35,397 nucleotides of DNA, taken from positions 5,056 to 40,452 of the forward strand of contig CAZVIU010000001.1 in assembly GCA_964626935.1 (NCBI GenBank), written 5' to 3'. Below the pieces are notes generated by a model. That model was given only the letters and a program-made list of their open reading frames with translations. It made no database searches and was not told the origin of the DNA. Positions 23,892-31,149 of this stretch are shown here, piece after piece (positions within the stretch are counted from its first letter, which is position 1; every line of letters begins with the position of its first letter). This stretch comes from an uncultured Gammaproteobacteria bacterium. GTDB taxonomy: Bacteria; Patescibacteriota; Patescibacteriia; CAZVIU01. The position numbers were made by a program, and so were the translations under genes.

Positions 23892-25067
23892 TTAGCGGAG
23901 TAGCGGTTTTGCCGTCTTAATAAATTCTCGCCACCTTTCTTGTACTTTCTGAATAATCTTTTTCCACTGCGTAGTATCAAGTGTTGCGTACATCTCAGCC
24001 TTTTTAGTTTCTATAAATGTTTCTAAATTAGTAACTGCTTCATACGTAACTAAATCACGCAAGAGCAAGGTTTCGGCGCGCACCTCAAGATCATACATTC
24101 GGAAGACAATCATATACTGTACTTTTTCTTTTAGTTCATCTAAACATTGTTTACGTTCATTATTTTTTAATTTTATACACTCTAATTTTTTTTGTTTGAT
24201 ATTATCAAGGCCAATTGTTTTCTTGGCGCAAGCATTGCGGGCATTACCAACAGATATTTGCCAGCAAGGCCCAAATTCTTGATAAAGCCTGATACATTCA
24301 AGTTTTTCTTCCTGATCTTTAATTGATTTGCAGGCTTCAGGCGCGTAAAGAATTTTGAACTCCTTGGCTAGCTCTTCGTCAGTTAGGCGCAAACGGCAGG
24401 AAATTCGTTCATCAAGTTTAGGCAAATGACCACAGCGTAAACCCGGACAAACACGAGTTTCCTCTGGTTTAGTAGTGGAGATGTTTGGACAATTTACAGT
24501 CATCTTGCAAATCCGTGTTTCTAGACCATTTTGATTACATTGTGTCCAGTCGTCACATTCATATTTATCTTGTTTACATGGTTCGGTTTTTTGTGGTTTA
24601 GTTGGGGCTTGGGGGGCAGGAGAAGATGGAGGAGGTTCGGGAGCAGGCTTTTTTTCTTGGGCAGATGATTCACACGCTTGTGTTTCTACGGGCTCAGCTG
24701 TTTCAACCAAGGGGCAATCAGCAGTTTTGCCACAGGTGCGTTGCTGTTTACCGTTAGCGTCGCATGGACCCCAGTTGGTGCAGGAATATAAATCTTCCAC
24801 GCATGATGGCGTACAGTTTTGGATTGTAGGCGGTTTTGGTCTGATATCAGTTGGGCAATCAAAAGTTAATACGCAGACGCGTGCTTGCGTACTATCTAGC
24901 TGGCAGCTTGCCCAGCTTGTGCATTCCCAAGTATCCGCATCACAAGGTGGGGGAGGGGGTACGGACGATCCGCCGCCGCCACCGCCGCCACCAGCCGTCC
25001 ACGCTGTAAGAGGCAATAGCAACAACATAAAAAGCAGTGAAATTTTAGTCCTATTTTGAATCCGCAT
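23892..25067 (-). CDS. Secreted Cys-rich protein with three TSP1-like repeats and a helical C-terminal domain
   Basis: Signal peptide, then a G8 run and a P5 run. Three ~45-aa repeats follow the pattern C-x6-C-x2-W-x2-C-x8-C-x5-CP-x11/12-C (CTSWASC, CTNWGPC, CDDWTQC) around a Pro-rich linker. The C-terminus is helical and contains Cys residues. Confidence 0.6.
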   Translation of the reverse strand: MRIQNRTKISLLFMLLLLPLTAWTAGGGGGGGGSSVPPPPPCDADTWECTSWASCQLDSTQARVCVLTFDCPTDIRPKPPTIQNCTPSCVEDLYSCTNWGPCDANGKQQRTCGKTADCPLVETAEPVETQACESSAQEKKPAPEPPPSSPAPQAPTKPQKTEPCKQDKYECDDWTQCNQNGLETRICKMTVNCPNISTTKPEETRVCPGLRCGHLPKLDERISCRLRLTDEELAKEFKILYAPEACKSIKDQEEKLECIRLYQEFGPCWQISVGNARNACAKKTIGLDNIKQKKLECIKLKNNERKQCLDELKEKVQYMIVFRMYDLEVRAETLLLRDLVTYEAVTNLETFIETKKAEMYATLDTTQWKKIIQKVQERWREFIKTAKPLLR

Positions 25068-25130
25068 AACCCTTTGAATTAAATATCAAAATTACGTATT
25101 AAAGATAAAAAATTTTTAGATTTTAATTTA

Positions 25131-25565
25131 TCATTTTACATTTTGATATTTTATTTTTGATTTGTCGGAATCTTTTAATAGTTGATCTATGGAAATCGTG
25201 CCTCCGTCCATTATACCAAGCGTGATGGATATGGCAAAAAGAAGCATGGTTACTTCGGTGGCCGCGCTAAACCCATGCGGGAGGTTGGCTACTAAAGTTG
25301 CCGTGAGCATCTCCAGAGTAAAAAGAGTAGCAATAATTCTAGTTGAAGCGCCAACCACTAAAAGTATGCCGCCAATAAATTCTAAAAAAGCAATGGCTAA
25401 AACGGAAACATCTGGATAGGGAATATGCAAAGAAGCAAAATATGCAGCCGTAGTCTCTCGCGGCAGGACAAATAACTTAAAATACCCCTCAACAATAAAT
25501 ATTCCTCCAGCCGCCAAGCGCAGCAGTAATAAAGTGGCGTTTAATTTATTCACTTTAACTGTCAT
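25131..25565 (-). CDS. DoxX-family membrane protein
   Basis: Four hydrophobic helices; LLLLRLAAGGIFIVEGYFKLF and EFIGGILLVVG are typical of DoxX. Confidence 0.7.
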   Translation of the reverse strand: MTVKVNKLNATLLLLRLAAGGIFIVEGYFKLFVLPRETTAAYFASLHIPYPDVSVLAIAFLEFIGGILLVVGASTRIIATLFTLEMLTATLVANLPHGFSAATEVTMLLFAISITLGIMDGGTISIDQLLKDSDKSKIKYQNVK

Positions 25566-25606
25566 GTCTTTTATTATACACTAGAACTATCACTCACCAT
25601 ATCCTA

Positions 25607-25716
25607 TTTTGTAATTTTCGTCCACCTTAGGCGGAGTTCGTAGTTCGTACCCCACATAATGATTTTACCTTGTTTGTGTTTGTAATTTTCGTGGCTAGTT
25701 CGTAGTTCGTACCCAC
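25607..25716. repeat. Duplicated leader unit upstream of the second MFS gene, with internal TAGTTCG heptads
   Basis: Unit 1 is TTTTGTAATTTTCGT..GAGTTCGTAGTTCGTACCCCACAT (25607-25656). Unit 2 is GTTTGTAATTTTCGTGG.CTAGTTCGTAGTTCGTACCCACAT (25678-25717), ending in the ATG. Confidence 0.7.
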
Positions 25717-26940
25717 ATGCATTTTCTTAAAAACCTTTTCGCTAATCATTTATCTCGCGAGCTTAAGGAACTATATTTATCCGCGATTATTCTTCGTTTT
25801 GCCTTATCAGCTCTTTATATTTTTGAGCCTATTTATTTTCTTAAGATTGGTTTAAGCATTGGTCAAATTCTTCTTTATCAAGCGGCTTTATATTTATTAT
25901 ATTTCCTACTTTTGCCAATTGGCGGCAAGCTGGCTCGTTTGCATGGTTATGAGCATGTCATGACTTGGTCAAGTCCATTTTTAATTATTTATTTGGTTGC
26001 TTTATTTGCCATGCCTTATAACCAAATGTTTATAATCCTCGCCTTAATCTCGGCGGTATTTTATAAAAGTCTATATTGGCCTGGTTTTCACGCTGATTTT
26101 GCCAGATTCGGCCAGAGTCACGAACGAGGAAAAGAAATCGGTTTGTTAGTAGCCGTGCTCACAAGTGTTGGAATTTTCGGGCCAATTTTTGGCGGCTGGA
26201 TAATATCAATTGCCGGATGGCAAACGCTGTTCGTAATCATCGGCAGTTTTATTCTATTTTCCAGTATTCCTATGCTAACTACTCCAGAAAAATTTCAACC
26301 AGTAGATTTTTCTTACCAAGAAGCGATACGTGAAGTTTTTGCAAAAAGAAATCTACGTCAATCAATAGCTTTTATTGGTTATAGCGAGGATCTAATCTTC
26401 GGTATAATTTGGCCGATTTTTATTGCCGCAGTTATAAAAAACTTATTCGGAGTCGGTGCCTTAATTTCGGCCTCAACTCTGGTCAACATATTGATCATTT
26501 TGCTCATTGGAAATTTTGTTGATAAGCATGCGCGCTTGCGTATTGAACGTTTTGGGTCAATTTTAACCGCTTTTGTTTGGTTTGGCGCCAGCTTAATCCG
26601 CAATGCGGCCGGAGTTTTTATTTTTGATAATCTTTACAGAATTTCTAGAAATATTTTGGGCACATCGCTGATGTCAATTATCTATGATGAGGCTAAAAAT
26701 TCTTCAGTTATGAAGGTAATGATTTTTAGAGAAATGGGTTTGGCTTTTGGAAAGATTTTAGGCGCCTTGGTCGCTCTCTTGGTTTGGACGATTTTTCCCA
26801 ATCGGTTAAATCTGCTTTTTGTGTTGGCTGGCTTATTCAGTTTGTTTTATCTTTTACTTAAAGAGCGCGTCAAGCCAGATGGCCTGACGCTCCCGCCGAT
26901 ACAACCGGATGTAATAGTACCAATAAACCCTAAAGCATAA
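25717..26940 (+). CDS. MFS-like transporter
   Basis: About 12 hydrophobic segments with a central loop. No SD; the ATG is abutted by TAGTTCG TAGTTCG TACCCAC. Confidence 0.65.
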   Translation: MHFLKNLFANHLSRELKELYLSAIILRFALSALYIFEPIYFLKIGLSIGQILLYQAALYLLYFLLLPIGGKLARLHGYEHVMTWSSPFLIIYLVALFAMPYNQMFIILALISAVFYKSLYWPGFHADFARFGQSHERGKEIGLLVAVLTSVGIFGPIFGGWIISIAGWQTLFVIIGSFILFSSIPMLTTPEKFQPVDFSYQEAIREVFAKRNLRQSIAFIGYSEDLIFGIIWPIFIAAVIKNLFGVGALISASTLVNILIILLIGNFVDKHARLRIERFGSILTAFVWFGASLIRNAAGVFIFDNLYRISRNILGTSLMSIIYDEAKNSSVMKVMIFREMGLAFGKILGALVALLVWTIFPNRLNLLFVLAGLFSLFYLLLKERVKPDGLTLPPIQPDVIVPINPKA

Positions 26941-26941
26941 A

Positions 26942-26962
26942 TTTTTAATCCTTAATTTTAGT
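26942..26962. repeat. Degenerate heptad array x3 abutting the HAD-IB ATG
   Basis: TTTTTAA TCCTTAA TTTTAGT, then ATT ATG. Confidence 0.4.
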
Positions 26963-26965
26963 ATT

Positions 26966-27658
26966 ATGTCAAACGAACAGCACAAAAAATATATTGCCAT
27001 TTTTGATATTGACGGCACGGTTTTTCGAAGCGCTCTTATGACCCAGCTGCATTTAGCTTTAGTACGTGAAGGCATTTTCCCAAAGAAAACCAATGAAATC
27101 ATTAAACCAAAATTACAAGCTTGGCTTGATCGCCGGGGGTCATATCGAGTTTATATTGATACCATGGTTAAAGTTTTCAAAGATAACATTATTGGTAAAA
27201 AACAATCAGACATTTTACGCGTTAGCCACAAAGTAATTGAAGAACAAAAAAACCGGGTTTATACTTATACAACTAATTTAATTAAAAAAATTAGAAAGAC
27301 ACATCTGCTAGTGGCTATTTCTGGTTCATCAATTGAAATCGTACGCGAATTTAATAAATATTGGAAGTTTGATCATGTCTACGGCGAGATTCTAGAAGTA
27401 GAAGATGGCGTTTACACGGGAAAAATTGTTGTTGAGCCGATTTTGGATAAAAAGGTTTTAGTTGAAGCATTTATTGATGCCCACCACCTATCTTTGAAAG
27501 GCTCAATCGGAGTAGGAGATACGGAATCAGACATTAGTTTTTTGGAAATAGTTGCCGAGCCGATTTGTTTCAATCCCAATAGCCACTTATACGTGGTAGC
27601 TAAGAAAAAAGGCTGGAAAGTTGTTGTTGAGAGAAAAGATGTGATATATGAGTTGTAA
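26966..27658 (+). CDS. HAD-IB (SerB-like) phosphatase superfamily protein
   Basis: Motif I IAIFDIDGTVF, motif II AISGSS, motif IV GVGDTESD. No SD. Confidence 0.7.
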   Translation: MSNEQHKKYIAIFDIDGTVFRSALMTQLHLALVREGIFPKKTNEIIKPKLQAWLDRRGSYRVYIDTMVKVFKDNIIGKKQSDILRVSHKVIEEQKNRVYTYTTNLIKKIRKTHLLVAISGSSIEIVREFNKYWKFDHVYGEILEVEDGVYTGKIVVEPILDKKVLVEAFIDAHHLSLKGSIGVGDTESDISFLEIVAEPICFNPNSHLYVVAKKKGWKVVVERKDVIYEL

Positions 27659-27731
27659 AATGAGGGCATCATAATTTATAAGCTCATATATTACATGAAG
27701 ATGGATGGATGTATGAAATGAAAAAATAAAA

Positions 27732-27753
27732 AAATCCGCCACTTGGCGGATTT
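27732..27753. terminator. Bidirectional terminator between the HAD gene and the convergent hypothetical
   Basis: AAATCCGCC-ACTT-GGCGGATTT preceded by a long A-run. Confidence 0.7.
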
Positions 27754-28084
27754 AACTAATTATATACTCAACATGCACATCACAAAAATCTGGATCAATG
27801 CCGAATTTCCCCCAAATATCTAATATCACCCCGAGTCTTGTTCGTTGCGGGTCGTCCGCGCTAAGCTGATCAATAAAATCATCAAGCCAAGCGCGAGCGC
27901 CCTCACACTGTTCATGATATTCCTTATTCTGTGCCCACAAACGGTCAATTAGCTCCCTAACCTTGCGATCCATGTAAGCTAGAAGTTTTTTCTTGCTTTT
28001 CCCTTTTGATAAAATTGCTGGCCAGTTGATGGGCGCGATCCTGACAGTATAATCTTCAAATGGTGTTGAAGCTACGCGGGGCAT
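27752..28084 (-). CDS. Hypothetical protein
   Basis: AAGGAGGAAAAA SD before ATG 28084 (the track ORF extends to 28138). A TTGTCA-17-TAATAA promoter-like sequence lies upstream. No family recognised. Confidence 0.45.
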   Translation of the reverse strand: MPRVASTPFEDYTVRIAPINWPAILSKGKSKKKLLAYMDRKVRELIDRLWAQNKEYHEQCEGARAWLDDFIDQLSADDPQRTRLGVILDIWGKFGIDPDFCDVHVEYIIS

Positions 28085-28187
28085 TTTTTCCTCCTTAGCG
28101 ACTAATGATTTATTATCATAATTGCGGCCGCTTGACAAGGCCTATTTTTTATGATTAGTTGGAGTTAGCTGTTTTAAGGAGGAAACC

Positions 28188-28826
28188 ATGCCCGCGCTTC
28201 TAGTTGATATGGGGGAGGTGCTTTGCCTGCTCGAGCGAGAAAAGTTAATGCGTGCGCTGCAGTTATTTTCCCGAGACCCAATTCGTCAAGGTGCGGATCC
28301 TATGGAGATTTATCGTGAATACCTTGATTCGGGACTAAATGATCGGTTTGATAGCGGGATGGCGACGCTTTATTTTTATCGTGAAATTTGTCGCTTCTTT
28401 GATATTGATCCAGTTAGTCTTTCTTACGGAGAATTTCGTAGAATTTGGGGAGCAGTAATCGCTAAACTGAATGAGCCGTTAATTGCTCTACTTCGAGAAA
28501 TTCGTAAACGCACCAGGACTAAAATGGTCTTTGCCTCTAATACGCAGGAGCTGCATTGGGAGTATTTTGTGAAACATCATGGGCACGTACTAGATTTATT
28601 TGACACCTTTGCTCTTTCTCATGCCATTGGTGTTTCTAAGCCTGATCCACAGTTTTGGACCGAATGTGCTTTGCGGTTAGGTGTTGAGGTGCCAGCCCTG
28701 CTTCTTCTGGATGATAAGCCTGAAAACGGCGCGTCACTTATGCGAGCTGGCGGAAGCTTCCTTCTTTACAATGCCACTAGGCACGGAGAGATTGAATGCA
28801 AGTTACGCAAACTCTGCCAACTATAA
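28188..28826 (+). CDS. HAD-fold protein with degenerate motif I
   Basis: Motif III-IV region GVSKPDPQFW...LLLDDKPEN is typical of HAD-IA. Motif I reads LLVDMGEVL, so the nucleophile Asp is present and the Asp+2 is replaced by Gly. AAGGAGGAA SD. Confidence 0.55.
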   Translation: MPALLVDMGEVLCLLEREKLMRALQLFSRDPIRQGADPMEIYREYLDSGLNDRFDSGMATLYFYREICRFFDIDPVSLSYGEFRRIWGAVIAKLNEPLIALLREIRKRTRTKMVFASNTQELHWEYFVKHHGHVLDLFDTFALSHAIGVSKPDPQFWTECALRLGVEVPALLLLDDKPENGASLMRAGGSFLLYNATRHGEIECKLRKLCQL

Positions 28827-28843
28827 TTAGCAAGATGGTTTGT

Positions 28844-28869
28844 AAGACGCTTGGAAGAGCGTCTTTTTG
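28844..28869 (+). terminator. Terminator after the HAD-fold gene
   Basis: AAGACGCT-TGGAAG-AGCGTCTT followed by TTTG. Confidence 0.75.
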
Positions 28870-28911
28870 TTCTCCTTTGGGTGTTTGATCGTGATCTTCG
28901 TAGTCAGCGTC

Positions 28912-28940
28912 TTGACTCAAGTAGTCTTTTGCGATACTGT
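28912..28940 (+). promoter_or_regulatory. Putative uvrB promoter
   Basis: TTGACT (28912-28917), a 17-nt spacer, then TACTGT (28935-28940). Confidence 0.4.
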
Positions 28941-28962
28941 TGAGTTAACAATTGAATATGCG

Positions 28963-28993
28963 CACCCCCTTAGCACGAATGCTTCGCGGGGTG
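28963..28993 (+). promoter_or_regulatory. Two-tier hairpin in the uvrB leader
   Basis: Outer stem CACCCC/GGGGTG and inner stem AGCA/TGCT with a CGAA loop, followed by ATTTATAGTTT. Confidence 0.5.
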
Positions 28994-29016
28994 ATTTATA
29001 GTTTAATACTTTTTTC

Positions 29017-29044
29017 TAGAGCCTAAAGCCTAGTGCCTAGAGCC
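29017..29044. repeat. Heptanucleotide array x4 (TAR-N4) just upstream of uvrB
   Basis: TAGAGCC TAAAGCC TAGTGCC TAGAGCC, ending 8 nt before ATG 29053. Its stop triplets fall in all three frames. Confidence 0.8.
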
Positions 29045-29052
29045 TTCAATTC

Positions 29053-31149
29053 ATGGATTTCAAATTAACCTCAAAATATAAACCAGCTGGTGATCAACCC
29101 AAAGCTATTGCTGAGTTACGTGATGGTTTACTTCGGGGTAATCAATATCAAACTCTGCTTGGCGTGACTGGTTCAGGTAAAACTTTTTCTATTGCTAATG
29201 TAATCGAAGCATGGCGGAAACCAACCCTGATCATTGCCCATAATAAAACACTGGCTGCGCAATTATGTAATGAATTCCGTGAACTTTTTCCCCAAAATGC
29301 TGTGCATTATTTTGTTTCTTATTATGATTATTATCAGCCCGAAGCTTATTTGCCAAGAACTGATACTTATATAGAAAAAGAAGCCACGATTAACGATGAG
29401 ATTGATAAGTTGCGTCACGCGGCCACGCAAAGTTTACTCACGCGTCAAGATGTGATTATTGTTGCTTCGGTTTCTTGTATTTATGGTCTGGGCGCGCCAG
29501 CTACTTATCGCAAGATAGCCCAACAATTAGAAGTTGGCCAAATAATTTCTCGCACTGATATTTTACATAACTTGATTGCTTTGCAATTTAGCCGCACTAA
29601 TGCCGATCTTAAACGCGGCACTTTTCGCTGGCGAGCCCAAGCCCTAGAAATAATGCCTGTTAATCAAGAATTGATTTATCGCATAGAAATGTCCGCGCAA
29701 AAAATTGATAGAATTTTTATTCTTGATCCGTTAACGCGTAAAATTCGTGAACAAGTAAACGAGGCGATATTTTTTCCAGCGCGGCATTTTGTAACCCTCC
29801 GTGATGAATTATCTGCCGCCTTAGACGCTATTCGCGCTGAACTTAGCGAACAATTAAAATTATTTGAGCGTCAAGGCAAATTACTTGAAGCCGAGCGATT
29901 AGAACGGCGCGTTAAAATGGACCTGGAAATGATTGAACAAGTAGGGTTTTGCCATGGTATTGAAAATTATTCTCGCCATCTATCTCGCCGCTTGTCTGGC
30001 GAACCGGGAGATACCCTGCTTGCATATTTTCCCGATGATTTTTTAATAGTGATTGATGAATCGCACGTAACTGTTCCACAGCTTGGAGGCATGTATGAAG
30101 GCGATGCGGCGCGTAAAAAAACTTTAATTGAATACGGATTTAGATTACCAAGCGCATCTGACAATCGGCCATTAAAATTTAATGAGTTTCAGCGCTACGC
30201 TAAGCGCGTAATTTTTACTTCGGCCACCCCTAGCATATATGAAAAAAAGGTTAGTCAGCAGATTGTTGAGCAGATCATTAGACCAACAGGGCTTGTCGAT
30301 CCAGCGGTTATTGTGAGGCCAATAACGTCAATAAATCAAAAATCAAAAACCAAAAATCAAAAATTAGGAATGGCTAGGCCACGATTGTTAGAAAACAGAA
30401 CCCAAGTAGATGATCTTATTGAACGAGTGCAAAAAAAGGTGGCCATTGGTGATCGCGTCCTGGTAACAACCTTAACCAAAAAAATGGCTGAAGATTTAAC
30501 CGAATTTTTACAAGCTAAAAAGATTAAAACTGAATATTTGCATAGTGAGGTTGACACATTAGATCGCATCAGAATCCTGATGGATTTTAGAAAAGGTAAA
30601 TTTGATGTACTTGTGGGTGTTAATTTGCTTCGGGAAGGTTTGGATTTGCCAGAAGTTTCATTGGTGGCGATTCTTGATGCTGATAAAGAAGGATTTTTGC
30701 GCAGCGAAACTTCGCTGATCCAAACTATTGGCCGGGCGGCGCGCAATGTCCGCGGTGAAGTAGTTTTATACGCGGATCAAATTACTGGCAGTATTAAACG
30801 GGCGCTTGATGAAACAGATAGAAGAAGAAAATTACAGCTTGAATATAATAAGAGGCACGGCATTACGCCTCGAACCATTAAGAAAAGAATACATGACATA
30901 TTTGAAGAATGGCAGATAATAAATCCGAAATCCGAAGCTCGAAATTTGAAACAAGGAAAAGAAGTTTTAAATATAGAATTACAAACTGATAAGCGGCCGG
31001 TGGAAGTGATTATTAGGGAAAAGGAACTGCAGATGAAGGAGGCGGCGCAAGGACTGGAGTTTGAGTTGGCCGCTTTAATTAGAGACGAGATTAAATTGTT
31101 AAAGCAGTATGCTAGACAAAATAATAATCAAAGGAGCTCGCGAGCATAA
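29053..31149 (+). CDS. uvrB: Excinuclease ABC subunit B
   Basis: GVTGSGKTF Walker A, DESH box, YYDYYQPEAY beta-hairpin region, helicase C motifs (QTIGRAARN) and a C-terminal UVR domain (EFELAALIRDEIKLLK). Carries an insertion of about 24 aa after VRPIT. Confidence 0.95.
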   Translation: MDFKLTSKYKPAGDQPKAIAELRDGLLRGNQYQTLLGVTGSGKTFSIANVIEAWRKPTLIIAHNKTLAAQLCNEFRELFPQNAVHYFVSYYDYYQPEAYLPRTDTYIEKEATINDEIDKLRHAATQSLLTRQDVIIVASVSCIYGLGAPATYRKIAQQLEVGQIISRTDILHNLIALQFSRTNADLKRGTFRWRAQALEIMPVNQELIYRIEMSAQKIDRIFILDPLTRKIREQVNEAIFFPARHFVTLRDELSAALDAIRAELSEQLKLFERQGKLLEAERLERRVKMDLEMIEQVGFCHGIENYSRHLSRRLSGEPGDTLLAYFPDDFLIVIDESHVTVPQLGGMYEGDAARKKTLIEYGFRLPSASDNRPLKFNEFQRYAKRVIFTSATPSIYEKKVSQQIVEQIIRPTGLVDPAVIVRPITSINQKSKTKNQKLGMARPRLLENRTQVDDLIERVQKKVAIGDRVLVTTLTKKMAEDLTEFLQAKKIKTEYLHSEVDTLDRIRILMDFRKGKFDVLVGVNLLREGLDLPEVSLVAILDADKEGFLRSETSLIQTIGRAARNVRGEVVLYADQITGSIKRALDETDRRRKLQLEYNKRHGITPRTIKKRIHDIFEEWQIINPKSEARNLKQGKEVLNIELQTDKRPVEVIIREKELQMKEAAQGLEFELAALIRDEIKLLKQYARQNNNQRSSRA
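30331..30365. repeat. Heptanucleotide array x5 inside the uvrB coding sequence
   Basis: ATAAATC AAAAATC AAAAACC AAAAATC AAAAATT. It encodes part of the INQKSKTKNQK insertion. Confidence 0.75.
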
